This document shows, one piece after another, positions 8,582 through 18,055 of a DNA stretch of 29,084 nucleotides (the stretch's first letter is position 1; each line of letters starts with the position of its first letter). The notes under the pieces are model-generated. The model saw nothing but the letters and a program-made list of their open reading frames with translations, did not search any database and was not told the origin of the DNA. Both the position numbers and the translations under genes were made by a program. The stretch is taken from contig JBMORA010000010.1 of the NCBI GenBank assembly GCA_049320885.1, forward strand, positions 1 through 29,084. Direction: 5' to 3'. Origin of the DNA: Thermodesulfobacteriota bacterium (GTDB lineage Bacteria; Desulfobacterota; Desulfobacteria; Desulfobacterales; SURF-7).

Positions 8582-9319
8582 ATGGAACTGTTTGAAACCC
8601 AATTTCAGGCCATTCGCGATTTTTTGGCTGCCGGCGGCCGGTCGGAAGCAATGAAAACCCTTGGGGCTCAGCCGGTTTCCTGGCCCGCCGGGCTGGGACG
8701 GAATCTGATTTTGTCCCGGGATACGGCCGTGGAGCTGGGTAATCCCCGGGAGGCTTCTACATCCTTCATCCTGTGGACCGGACACCGGGACAAGGTGATG
8801 GACGGCCGAATCCGGCTTCTGGGGCCGGATCTGCCGGCAAGCAGGGGACGCAGCCTGCCCTTCGGGAAAGTCGTCCTGATCCACGGCGACGGGTTCACCC
8901 CGGACAATACATATCCGCGTTATCGGGAGATGGAAGGGCTGCGATATCAGTTGGACCTCAGGGGATATATGTTGCGGGCGGTATCCCAATACCAGCGGGA
9001 ATGGAGCCGGGTGTCATGGGGGGCGCTGGAAACGGGATTTTCCTTTTCGGTGCTGGGCCGCGCCATCATCGATCAGTATCGCGCGATCGATTATGTCGGC
9101 GCGGTGGAAATCCTTTTCGTGACGGACGCACCGGAAACCGTGCGGGCGCTCCAGGCCATCGGGGATCAGGCCGGCCGGGTTGTCGGAGCCTTGAACCGGA
9201 TGAGCGTGGAGATGTCTTTTGACTGCGACAGCTGTGAATACGTCGATGTCTGCGGCGATGTGGCCGCCCTGCGAGCCATGAGAAGGAATCCAGCGGAGAG
9301 GACTGCCGTCCATGGATGA
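8582..9319 (+). CDS. Stand-alone acetyl-CoA synthase (AcsB/CdhC) middle-domain-like protein with C-terminal CxxC-x5-C
   Basis: DTAVELGNP…DGRIRLLGPDL…SLPFGKVV…WSRVSWGALETGFSFSVLGRAI…VEILFVTD parallels the AcsB middle domain as recalled (DGKIEVIGPDI…LPLGI…WLRVSKDAVAKGFRF…VQVTIFTD); ends FDCDSCEYVDVC. Confidence 0.7.
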   Translation: MELFETQFQAIRDFLAAGGRSEAMKTLGAQPVSWPAGLGRNLILSRDTAVELGNPREASTSFILWTGHRDKVMDGRIRLLGPDLPASRGRSLPFGKVVLIHGDGFTPDNTYPRYREMEGLRYQLDLRGYMLRAVSQYQREWSRVSWGALETGFSFSVLGRAIIDQYRAIDYVGAVEILFVTDAPETVRALQAIGDQAGRVVGALNRMSVEMSFDCDSCEYVDVCGDVAALRAMRRNPAERTAVHG

Positions 9320-10097
9320 GCCGAAAATTTCCAAGCCGGTGGTCATCGCCGTTTGCGGCAAGGGGGGGGTGGGGAAAACCTCCATCAGCGCCGTGATGAC
9401 CAGGATCCTTTCCGGCCATGAGAACAACAAGGTGCTGGCGGTTGACGCCGATCCGGCCGCGGGTCTGGCGGGCGCGCTGGGTTTCACGGCGGCAAGGACC
9501 GTGGACCAGATCCGCAGCGAACTCATCGAGCGCATCCGGCAAAACGCCGGGGGCGACCGGGGGGAAATCATCGCCCGGATGGATTACGAGGTGCTGGAAG
9601 CCCTGGAGGAAGATCGCAATATCGCCTTCCTGGCCATCGGCAGACCGGAGCTGGAAGGATGTTATTGCCAGGTCAACCGGTTCTTAAAGGAGATCATCGC
9701 CGCGGTTGCGGCGGGTTTTGACTTTGTGGTCATTGACGGGGAGGCCGGTGTCGAACAGATCAACCGGCGGGTCATGGAGACCGTCACCCATCTGGTGCTG
9801 GTGTCGGACGCTTCGGTCAGGGGCCTGCGCGTGGCGGAGACCATTCTGGGGATGGCGGCAAAAGCCGTTGCCCATGAAAAAAGCGGTCTGATCCTGAACC
9901 GGCTCCGGGGGCCATCGGAAAGAGAGCGGCTGCGGATTCCGGCCGCCGCGGGCATTCTGGGATGGATTCCGGAAGATGACACGGTGCGGAATTTTGATAT
10001 CGCGGGCAGAAATTTCCTGGAATTGCCTGATTGTTCCATGATGCGGGGGGTTTCGGAATTCCTGGAAAAACTGGGCGTGATCCCGGTACAGGCGTAA
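9312..10097 (+). CDS. cooC: CooC/AcsF-type nickel-insertion ATPase (MinD/SIMIBI family)
   Basis: Deviant Walker A GKGGVGKT, VLAVDADP, metal-binding GRPELEGCYC, Walker B/switch VIDGEAGVEQINR. Confidence 0.85.
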   Translation: MDEPKISKPVVIAVCGKGGVGKTSISAVMTRILSGHENNKVLAVDADPAAGLAGALGFTAARTVDQIRSELIERIRQNAGGDRGEIIARMDYEVLEALEEDRNIAFLAIGRPELEGCYCQVNRFLKEIIAAVAAGFDFVVIDGEAGVEQINRRVMETVTHLVLVSDASVRGLRVAETILGMAAKAVAHEKSGLILNRLRGPSERERLRIPAAAGILGWIPEDDTVRNFDIAGRNFLELPDCSMMRGVSEFLEKLGVIPVQA

Positions 10098-10124
10098 CAA
10101 GGCTCTGGGAGAGAGGGAATTATC

Positions 10125-11255
10125 ATGGATTTCGGTGCGTGGCAGGCGTTTCTGGGGGACATGCTCCGGGAACCGGAAAACGGTTTCCTGGTGAGCGCCT
10201 CGGCAGAGGGCAGAATCCCGGTGGGTTATACGTGCAGCTATGTGCCCCAGGTGATTCTTTCCGTGGACGGATTGGTGCCGGTGCGGCTGCGCGCGCCGGG
10301 TGCGGCGGGCACCGAGATCGCCGATATCTACCTCTCCAACGTCGTCTGCTCCTATACTAGAAGCCTGCTGGAGTTCGCCATGGACGGCCGCTACGATTTT
10401 CTGGGCGGCTGGGTGTTCGCATCCGGATGCGATCATATCCGCCGGCTGCTGGACAACCTCGTGTATCTGCGGACGCCCCGTTTTACTCACATGGTCGACG
10501 TTCCGCATCGCCGGGGGGCTATGGCCCTTGCCTGGTACGAGGAGGAACTCTGCGTCTTGTGTGCGCGGTTATCCGCGGCCTTCGGTGTGGACACCGGCCG
10601 AGCGGCCCTGAGCCGGGCGATTTCCCGATACAATGATTTCAACCGCAAGGTGCAGATCATCGGCGATTGCCGCAAGGAAAAAAATCCGCCCGTCAGCGGC
10701 ACCGAATTCCAGCGCATCATGATCGCCTCCCTTTCCGGCGGCCGCGATCAAATGATGGCGGCATTGGACCGCATGGCCGGTGAGATCCCGGGACGACCGG
10801 GAAACAACCGATACCGGGCCCGGCTCATGGTGGTGGGTGGAAACGTGGATGACACGGCTTTTATCGAGTTGCTGGAGTCCAGCGGTGGAATTGTGGTGGC
10901 CGATCGTTTCTGCACCGGCTCCATTCCCGAAACGGAACTGATTGACGAGGGTGGCGATCCCCTGAAGGCCATTGCGAAGTACACCCTGGACCGGCAAGCC
11001 TGTCCGCGCATGATGGAGGATTTTACGGAACGAATGGCGGCCATTTTGCGGACCCGTGATGAATACCAAGCGGACGGCGTGGTCATCGAGAATCTCAAGT
11101 TCTGCGATATCTGGGGGATCGAGTCCGCTCTGCTGGTCCAGGCGTTGCGGGATGCCGGAGTTCCGGTTCTCCGGGTGGAGCGGGATTATCGGCAGGGGAG
11201 TGAAGGACAGTTGCGCACCCGGGTCCAGGCCTTTATCGAGAGCATGGGGAAATGA
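10125..11255 (+). CDS. BCR/HAD-family subunit (BzdN/BcrC/HgdB-like), copy 2
   Basis: VGYTCSYVP, VCSYTR, GCDHIRR, DRFCTG, ACPRM, DGVVIENLKFCD, GQLRTRVQAFIE. Confidence 0.9.
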   Translation: MDFGAWQAFLGDMLREPENGFLVSASAEGRIPVGYTCSYVPQVILSVDGLVPVRLRAPGAAGTEIADIYLSNVVCSYTRSLLEFAMDGRYDFLGGWVFASGCDHIRRLLDNLVYLRTPRFTHMVDVPHRRGAMALAWYEEELCVLCARLSAAFGVDTGRAALSRAISRYNDFNRKVQIIGDCRKEKNPPVSGTEFQRIMIASLSGGRDQMMAALDRMAGEIPGRPGNNRYRARLMVVGGNVDDTAFIELLESSGGIVVADRFCTGSIPETELIDEGGDPLKAIAKYTLDRQACPRMMEDFTERMAAILRTRDEYQADGVVIENLKFCDIWGIESALLVQALRDAGVPVLRVERDYRQGSEGQLRTRVQAFIESMGK

Positions 11256-12763
11256 TGAACGGAAAACGGATTCCGGCAGGGTCGGGCAACCCGTCGGCAG
11301 GCGCGTGGATGGGGGATCTGCTGGTGTATATTCGGTATTCGACGGTCAATTGGCTCAAGATCATCGCCCTGGTGATCAAGCACGGTCCTTTGGACACGGT
11401 CCGGGACCTCCGCCGTTATCCCTGGATTCTGGTGCTGCTGCAGGTCAATCGCCTGCTGTGGCGTTTTATCCGGGGAAGGCGCGGCCGTTACCGGAAAGCC
11501 ACCGCCATGGTGATGGCCGATATCGTCGCCGGGGTGATCCGCATGATGGACGATGTGTTTTTCCGGGGGGAGCGCCTGGTCATCCATGAGGACATGGTGC
11601 CGCCGGAAATCATTCGGGCCATGGGGCTGGTGCCCTTCATGGCCGAACTGATGGGCATCCTGATGCCCATGATCCGGCCCCACTCGGTGGAGGCGTATAT
11701 CGATGCGTGTGAAAACGCCGGCATTCCTCCGGACATCTGCAGCCTGCCCAAAAGCACCATGGGCTTGACCCTGATGGGGCATCTGCCGCCGGCCCTGGCC
11801 GTCATCACTTCCAATCTCCCCTGCGACGGCGGCATGGCTTCCTATGCCTTGATGGAAAGGGAACTGGGGTTGCCCACCATCCGCCTGGATATACCGTATC
11901 GGTTCACCGATGAAAAAGCGGTGGATTATTTCGTCGGGGAGCTGAAGCGGCTGATCGGCTGGCTGGAAGCCCGCACGCCCGGCCGGATGGATTGGGAGCG
12001 ACTCAAGAATATCTGTGAAGAACGCAACCGCATGCTGGCCTTCGAACAGGAGTTGTGGGAACTGATCCGGATTCGTCCGGCGCCCATGGCCGGCGAACCG
12101 ATCTGGCTGAGTCACATGTGGAATTTCAATGTGACGCCCGGCAGCGCCGACAGCACCCGCACGTTCGAGCGGATTGTCGCCATGGGGAGACAAAATCTGG
12201 AAGAGGGGGTGGACCCCGTCGGTGAGAGATACCGCGCCCTGCTCTGGAATCCGCCCACCATTCATTTCATCGATATCTATAATTGGGCGGAAAAGGCCTA
12301 CGGCGTTTCACTGATCATGGACAGCATGACCTTCAACCGCATCGAGCCCATCGACACCGGAACGCCGGAATCGATGCTGCGCGGCCTTGCCAAAACCATC
12401 ATGAACGGACCCATGGCCCGTCACACCAGGGGACCGGCTGAAAACTACGTCAACGACATTTTCCACATCACCAGACAATTTGACATCGATATGATCTGGG
12501 TAGCCGGTCATATCGGCTGTAAAAACACCCAGGCGTTGAACGGCATGCTGCGGGAACTGTGCCGCCGGGAGGGCATTCCGCTGCTGATCATTCATTACGA
12601 CCTTTCGGATCCGCGCATCGTATCCCGGGAGGGCATCATCGAGCAGATCGATCATTTCATGGAAAACATCATGAAAGCCCGGCGCCTGCCTTTGGGCGGC
12701 GATCGAGGAATGGCCAAGGGCCGCAAGGACCTGACGGTCCTGGGACAAAAGGAGGCGGTATGA
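11252..12763 (+). CDS. BCR/HAD-family catalytic-type subunit (BzdO/BcrB/HgdA-like), copy 2
   Basis: VPPEIIRAMG, DICSLPK, LPCDGG, RLDIPY, HIGCKNT, YDLSDPR; start could instead be the downstream MGDLL ATG. Confidence 0.85.
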   Translation: MMNGKRIPAGSGNPSAGAWMGDLLVYIRYSTVNWLKIIALVIKHGPLDTVRDLRRYPWILVLLQVNRLLWRFIRGRRGRYRKATAMVMADIVAGVIRMMDDVFFRGERLVIHEDMVPPEIIRAMGLVPFMAELMGILMPMIRPHSVEAYIDACENAGIPPDICSLPKSTMGLTLMGHLPPALAVITSNLPCDGGMASYALMERELGLPTIRLDIPYRFTDEKAVDYFVGELKRLIGWLEARTPGRMDWERLKNICEERNRMLAFEQELWELIRIRPAPMAGEPIWLSHMWNFNVTPGSADSTRTFERIVAMGRQNLEEGVDPVGERYRALLWNPPTIHFIDIYNWAEKAYGVSLIMDSMTFNRIEPIDTGTPESMLRGLAKTIMNGPMARHTRGPAENYVNDIFHITRQFDIDMIWVAGHIGCKNTQALNGMLRELCRREGIPLLIIHYDLSDPRIVSREGIIEQIDHFMENIMKARRLPLGGDRGMAKGRKDLTVLGQKEAV

Positions 12764-13572
12764 CCAAACGGGGATTGAAACCATACTACGGAGGCTGCGA
12801 TATCGGCTCCACCACCGGAAAAGCCGTGATCCTGAACGGCGAGGGCGTTGTCGCGTCCGCCATCGTTCCCAGCGAAATCGATCCGGCCCGCACCGCCGAC
12901 ATCGTCCTGCGGGCCGCATGCCGCCAGATAGAAGATCTCGGGGACATCCGGAATCTGTCGTATCTGATCGGTACGGGTTACGGGCGCAACGAAGTGCCGT
13001 TTGCCCACGAGAATCTATCTGAAATCAGTTGCCATGCCATGGGGGTCCATTATTGCGACCCGAACATCCGGACGATCATCGATATCGGCGGGCAGGATGT
13101 CAAGGGGATCGCGCTGGATGAGACCGGCGGGGTAACGGAATTCGCCATGAACGATAAATGCGCGGCCGGAACCGGACGGTTCCTGGAAATGATGAGCCGG
13201 ATATTCCGGATGGATCTGGAGGAGTTTTCCCGGCTGTCCCTTACGGCCAGCCGCACGATTCCGGTGACGTCCCAATGCAGTGTGTTCGCCGAAACCGAAG
13301 TCATCAGCCTGCTCAGTCAACGAAAACCCGCGGCGGAAATCGCCGCCGGCATCCAGGCGTCGGTGGCCAAGCGTGGTTTCAGCCTGCTGAAAAAGATCGG
13401 TATCCGTCCCCGGGTGACCATCACCGGCGGATGCGCCAAAAACAAGGGGCTGGTAACCGCCCTGGCCGGATACCTGCGCGAGGATGTCCGGCCGCTTTCC
13501 GTGGATCCCCAATTGATGGGCGCGCTGGGCGCCGCCGTCATCGGTCGCCTCCGGGCTGGTGGCATGGCATGA
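12760..13572 (+). CDS. ASKHA ATP-dependent activase, copy 3
   Basis: GCDIGSTTGK, GTGYGR, SEISCH, IDIGGQDVK, NDKCAAGTG, SQCSVFAETE; SD AGGAGG and ATGA overlap put the start at 12760, not 12559. Confidence 0.92.
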   Translation: MTKRGLKPYYGGCDIGSTTGKAVILNGEGVVASAIVPSEIDPARTADIVLRAACRQIEDLGDIRNLSYLIGTGYGRNEVPFAHENLSEISCHAMGVHYCDPNIRTIIDIGGQDVKGIALDETGGVTEFAMNDKCAAGTGRFLEMMSRIFRMDLEEFSRLSLTASRTIPVTSQCSVFAETEVISLLSQRKPAAEIAAGIQASVAKRGFSLLKKIGIRPRVTITGGCAKNKGLVTALAGYLREDVRPLSVDPQLMGALGAAVIGRLRAGGMA

Positions 13573-13634
13573 CGGCCTGTGCCGTTTTCACCGGCCGTGA
13601 CGGTCCGCTGCAACCAACAACCTCCATGAAATAT

Positions 13635-13672
13635 AAAAGGCATGCCCCCGTCCGGGAAGGCATGCCCTTTTT
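13635..13672. terminator. Probable bidirectional intrinsic terminator
   Basis: AAAAGGCATGCC…GGCATGCCCTTTTT stem flanked by A/T tracts between convergent genes. Confidence 0.7.
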
Positions 13673-13687
13673 GCTTTTGATGGACGA

Positions 13688-13888
13688 TCAGACAACGGTT
13701 ACATTGACAGCGGTCGGACCTTTTTTCCCTTCTTCCACATCAAAGGTGACCCGATCTCCTTCGTTCAGGGATTTGAACCCCGAACCATTAATACCCGTGT
13801 GATGCACAAATACGTCCGGGCCGCCTTCCTGCTCAATAAATCCGTAACCTTTTTTGTCGCTGAACCATTTTACGATACCATTCGCCAT
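13688..13888 (-). CDS. Cold-shock protein (CspA family)
   Basis: [15 protein letters not shown] (RNP1), DVFVHH (RNP2), 66 aa, SD AGGAGG. Confidence 0.96.
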   Translation of the reverse strand: MANGIVKWFSDKKGYGFIEQEGGPDVFVHHTGINGSGFKSLNEGDRVTFDVEEGKKGPTAVNVTVV

Positions 13889-14044
13889 CGTGGCATCCTC
13901 CTTTCTTGATCTTTTCTGGTATGGAACTTGAGGCGCCCACTTTGAGAAATGGATTTTTCGTCAACAAGTAACCAAACCACTTGATAATGACCATAAAACG
14001 ATGTTCCGCATCATATCGTTTCTGGACAGGAAATCAATATTTTT

Positions 14045-15028
14045 CTAGATGAATTCTTGAATTTTCGCATTGGCCCTCAGGGAGTCCAGATATTGCTTGA
14101 AGTTTTTCTCCATTTGCTGGCGCTTCAGGAACTCGGTGATTTTCGGTTTGGCTTCTTCATAAGATACTGTACCTGCTGGTTTTTTCTCGGCCAATTGAAT
14201 CAAGTGATAACCGAATTCGGTTTCCACGATGCCGCTGGTCTGGCCCGGTTCAAGGCCGAATGCCGCGTCCTCGAAGGGCTTGACCATCTGGCCTTTGCGG
14301 AAAAATCCCAAATCTCCACCTTTGGCGCTGCTGGGACATTGGGACTTGCTTTTCGCCAGTTCCGCAAAGGATTCCCCTTTCTTGAGCCGGGCCTGAATGT
14401 CTTCCATTTCTTTTTTGGCCTTGGCTTTCTGGGCCGCATCCGCTTCCTTGGAAACCTTGATCAGGATGTGGCTGGCCTTTGCCTGTTCATTGGTTTTAAA
14501 ATAATCCGGATGGGATTCGTAAAAGGATTTGATTTCCGGTTCCGCCACTTGAACCTTCTTCTCCAGCTCCGTATCGATCAATTGTTTGATCACCATGGAT
14601 TTTTCGATCTTCCCCATCAGGGCGGGCTCGGAGATGTTCATCTCGGCCATGGCTTTTTTATAGTCTTCCTCGGATTTAAACCCTTTTTTCAAGTCCGCCA
14701 GCGCGTCCTTCACTTTCTGCGATTCGACGGTCACGCCTTTTTTCCGGGATTCCTGATACAGCAATTCCTGGTCGATCAGGCGGGTGACAATGCTCTTGTT
14801 CAGATCCTTCTGCTGGGATTCATTGATGCTTTGACCCCTCATGGACATTTGTTGTTGAACCTGTTTCAGTTCACTGTCGAAATCCGATCGGGGGATGACG
14901 GTATCGTTCACCAGCGCCACTTTATCCCCCGGTTTGGTTTTTTCCTCCCCGGCCTGTACCGGAAGGGTGACACAAAAAAACAGCGCTATCGCTGTGTACG
15001 CAATCAGTTTGACGGGTTTCAGCATCAT
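14045..15028 (-). CDS. Exported PpiC/parvulin peptidyl-prolyl isomerase with SurA/PrsA-like N-domain
   Basis: Signal peptide ending VQA; VALVND; ASHILIK, FAELAKSKSQCPSSAKGGDLGFF, MVKPFEDAAF, VETEFGYHLI; SD AGGAG before ATG 15028. Confidence 0.92.
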   Translation of the reverse strand: MMLKPVKLIAYTAIALFFCVTLPVQAGEEKTKPGDKVALVNDTVIPRSDFDSELKQVQQQMSMRGQSINESQQKDLNKSIVTRLIDQELLYQESRKKGVTVESQKVKDALADLKKGFKSEEDYKKAMAEMNISEPALMGKIEKSMVIKQLIDTELEKKVQVAEPEIKSFYESHPDYFKTNEQAKASHILIKVSKEADAAQKAKAKKEMEDIQARLKKGESFAELAKSKSQCPSSAKGGDLGFFRKGQMVKPFEDAAFGLEPGQTSGIVETEFGYHLIQLAEKKPAGTVSYEEAKPKITEFLKRQQMEKNFKQYLDSLRANAKIQEFI

Positions 15029-15100
15029 GGATGGCAACTCCTACCTAAATAATGAGCGTTTGTTGTTGGTTGTTCCAGATCGGGGATGGAATCTCCCGGT

Positions 15101-15280
15101 TCACATTTTCATTCCGATTTTAACAGGTTCCGGTTGGTCATCAATGGTGAACTTCTGGCTGGGTTTAATTTTTTTCAGACAAATCTTGTCGTCCCTCACA
15201 ATCGCACAAATCTGTTCCATGTAAATGTCTTTACAATTGTTGTGATTGTATAAAGGGCATTCATGATATTTTTTCGACAT
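15101..15280 (-). CDS. Small 59-aa protein with four Cys
   Basis: MSKKYHECPLYNHNNCKDIYMEQICAIVRDDKICLKK…; SD AAGGA; co-oriented with neighbours. Confidence 0.6.
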   Translation of the reverse strand: MSKKYHECPLYNHNNCKDIYMEQICAIVRDDKICLKKIKPSQKFTIDDQPEPVKIGMKM

Positions 15281-15396
15281 GAATCGTTCCTTGTTCAAAG
15301 TCCGGAACCGTTCTACGAAAGGATACATATGGATCGCGGCGGCGGCCCCTGTCGGAAAAACTCCATTCGTCCGGGGTGCATTCCGTGTCATCTGTC

Positions 15397-15603
15397 CTAT
15401 TGTTTCATGATCCGCACGTTAATCGCCTGGAACCCATGACGGGTTTCTTTCAATTCAAACGTCACGCGATCCGATTTTTGCAGGGTGAAAAATCCATGGT
15501 CCTTGATGCCGGTGCTGTGCATGAAGACATCGCCGTCATCCGGGGTTTCAATGAAGCCGTAACCTTTTTTCTCATCATACCACTTGACCGTTCCTTCTTT
15601 CAT
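15397..15603 (-). CDS. Cold-shock protein paralogue
   Basis: MKEGTVKWYDEKKGYGFI…DVFMHSTGI; SD AGGAGG before ATG 15603. Confidence 0.93.
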   Translation of the reverse strand: MKEGTVKWYDEKKGYGFIETPDDGDVFMHSTGIKDHGFFTLQKSDRVTFELKETRHGFQAINVRIMKQ

Positions 15604-15859
15604 CAGTTTCGTTTCCTCCTTCTGGCGTGTGACAACTGTATCACAACTTAATAATAAAGACGGGCCCGGCGCCGACATTATGTCGTATAAACCGAAGCAA
15701 CAAGCATCATCGGGCTGAATAAGATAAGCTTCCGAGGACTATCGGGAGAAAAAACGGAAGGGGACAATGATCAGAACATCGTAATCGATAATTATCTCGA
15801 TGGGCTTATTCAACGCAACGATTATATCATTTGCCCGGTATCTAACCTCTCGAATGGAT

Positions 15860-15875
15860 AATTGTCAAGACAATT
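15860..15875. promoter_or_regulatory. Palindromic operator-like site overlapping a minus-strand TTGACA upstream of csp
   Basis: AATTGTC-AA-GACAATT; TTGACA on minus strand at 15863-15868. Confidence 0.35.
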
Positions 15876-17848
15876 TACGGCGACGAGGCGGGTTCGGGAG
15901 CGGATTTGCCCTGATCCAGAGCGGCCCGGACGGCGGCTCCCAGTTCATCCAGAACAATGGGTTTCAGCAACAGCCCGCTGAAGCGATGACCGGAGGGATC
16001 GGTGCGGATGATCCGGTCGCCATTACCGGTGCAGAGAATCACCGGGATGTCCGAGCGGATGCGTTTCAGTTCATCCGTCAGTTTTTCGCCCGTCATATGG
16101 GGCATGGTCTGGTCCGTCATCACCAGATCGAAGCGGTCCGGCTGCTGTTTGAACAGCTCCAGGGCTTCCCGACTGCCGGACGCGGATACCACCTCATACC
16201 CGAAGTAGGCCAGCATTTCGGCGGTGATTTCCAGGACCATGATTTCATCGTCCACCAGCAGAATCCGTTCGCTGCCTCCCCGGGTCAGATTTTTTTCCGG
16301 GGCGGGAACGATGGCATCGCTTTGAAGGCGCGGGATAAAAATGTTGAAGGTGGTTCCGGCGCCGGGACTGCTTTCGACTTTGATGGCGCCGTCGATGTGT
16401 TGAACAATCCCGTGTACTGTCGAAAGCCCCAGGCCCGTTCCTTCTCCAGGCCCCTTGGTGGTGAAAAACGGTTCGAAAATCCGGTCAAGGGTTTTGGGAT
16501 CCATGCCGTGGCCGGTGTCGCTGACCGTCAGGCGCAGACAGGGTCCGGGGGGCAGATCCGGGGGCAGGAGGTCGGAGTCCGGCCCTGGCTGGGAGTCCTC
16601 GATGGAGACGGTCAGCCTGCCGCCGTCGGCTCTCATGGCATGGGCCGCGTTGGCGCAAAGGTTCATCAATACTTGTTGGATTTGGGTGGCGTCCGCCATG
16701 ATGAGGCCGTTTTCCGCGTTGAGCCGATGCCGGAATTCAATGGTGGATGGGATCGTTGCCCGGAGCAGGTCCAGCGTTTCCCGGACGGTCTGTTGCAGAT
16801 CAACCGGTTTCAAGTGGGTTTCCTTCCGGCGGCTGAAGGTGAGGATCTGATTTACCAGCTCCTTGGCCCGGCGGCTGGCCTGGAGGATGCGGTTGATTTT
16901 TCCGGTAAGCGGCGAAGAGGCGGCGGCGTCCAGCAGCGACATTTCCGCATACCCCATGATTATCGATAAAATATTGTTGAAATCATGGGCGATACCGCCG
17001 GCCAGGGTGCCGACGGCGTCCATTTTTTGAATGTGGGCCACCCGCTCTTCCATGCGTTTGCGGGCGGTGATATCCCGACAGGATTCGATTACCTGGATCA
17101 CCTCATTGTTTTCGTTGAAAATCGGTGCGGCGATGATTTCCACCACCGTAGTACCGCCGTCGGCGTCGTGATGAACATGCTCCACGGTCACCCGGGTTTT
17201 TTCCCGGATCACCGACTGTAACGGACAGGCATGATCCCGCTCGTCGCAGGGAGCGGTTTTCCCATGGGATATCCGGTAGCAGCATGCCGGACCGGAAGCC
17301 GTGTCCATGGCCGCGGTCTCCCTGGCGCGGCGATTGGAAAGGGCGATGCTGTAATCCCGGTTGATGACCATGAGCGGCTCCGGAAACGCGTCGATGATAT
17401 GTTGCAGAAAGGACTGGGAACGATGCAGCGCCAGCTGGATTTCTTTGCGATCCTTGATTTCACGCATCAGGTCGGCCTGTTGCGTTTCCAGGCGCTGACT
17501 GCCGAGAAGAACATGGTTGTAAGCATTTTGGATGGATACGATCATTCGGTTTTGGAGAAGGATCCCGAGCAACACGAAAATCGCCCCGAAAAAAAAGACC
17601 AGTCCCACGAACAAGTTTCCCATCAGATCCACGCGCATGGCCATGGAATAGGTGACGATCAGGTAGCCGGCGAAGAAAAACAGGATCAGGATCTGATGAA
17701 ATTGAATGAACGGATGCAGTTTCCGGTATATTTCCGGCGAAAGGGAATAGATAAAACCGATGTTTTTTCGGAATTTGAACAGGTTGATGAGCATGACGAC
17801 CGCTCCTGCGAGGATCAGGGTCAGGGCCGTCAGGGTAATGTGATTCAT
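15875..17848 (-). CDS. Membrane-bound hybrid sensor histidine kinase (TM-PAS-HisKA-HATPase-receiver)
   Basis: Three hydrophobic N-terminal segments; PAS with CYxxxH…PC…CP; H-box [40 protein letters not shown]; receiver ILLVDDE…TDQTMP…KP; start uncertain (17848 or 17917). Confidence 0.92.
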   Translation of the reverse strand: MNHITLTALTLILAGAVVMLINLFKFRKNIGFIYSLSPEIYRKLHPFIQFHQILILFFFAGYLIVTYSMAMRVDLMGNLFVGLVFFFGAIFVLLGILLQNRMIVSIQNAYNHVLLGSQRLETQQADLMREIKDRKEIQLALHRSQSFLQHIIDAFPEPLMVINRDYSIALSNRRARETAAMDTASGPACCYRISHGKTAPCDERDHACPLQSVIREKTRVTVEHVHHDADGGTTVVEIIAAPIFNENNEVIQVIESCRDITARKRMEERVAHIQKMDAVGTLAGGIAHDFNNILSIIMGYAEMSLLDAAASSPLTGKINRILQASRRAKELVNQILTFSRRKETHLKPVDLQQTVRETLDLLRATIPSTIEFRHRLNAENGLIMADATQIQQVLMNLCANAAHAMRADGGRLTVSIEDSQPGPDSDLLPPDLPPGPCLRLTVSDTGHGMDPKTLDRIFEPFFTTKGPGEGTGLGLSTVHGIVQHIDGAIKVESSPGAGTTFNIFIPRLQSDAIVPAPEKNLTRGGSERILLVDDEIMVLEITAEMLAYFGYEVVSASGSREALELFKQQPDRFDLVMTDQTMPHMTGEKLTDELKRIRSDIPVILCTGNGDRIIRTDPSGHRFSGLLLKPIVLDELGAAVRAALDQGKSAPEPASSP

Positions 17849-18055
17849 ATGGCGTGTCAGGGTCCTTGTTTTTTTTGTTGATGTTGCATTTTGGATACGG
17901 ATAGCGGCACGGGTCAAGTCAAGGAGATAGGGATATTCCGTATTTGCGGGCGCCGGCGGTTTTTATGCTTGCGCAAAACCTTTTTTCAGGAATATAAGAG
18001 CACCGCAAGCACATTACCATAGAAGCCCCGTAAGGCTCAAGCGAAAACAGGATGC

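Noticed and set aside
7241..8989. 582-aa minus-strand ORF and similar long antisense ORFs (2580-4037, 11186-12265, 14057-15052, 15800-16969)
   Set aside because: Each lies opposite a well-supported gene and has no recognisable domain
8582..10097. Wood-Ljungdahl CODH/ACS locus
   Set aside because: No cooS/acsA, acsC/D/E, and the ACS-like ORF lacks the N-terminal and Ni-binding C-terminal domains
12559..12759. N-terminal extension of activase 3 in the ORF track
   Set aside because: Overlaps the upstream gene; strong SD and ATGA coupling place the start at 12760
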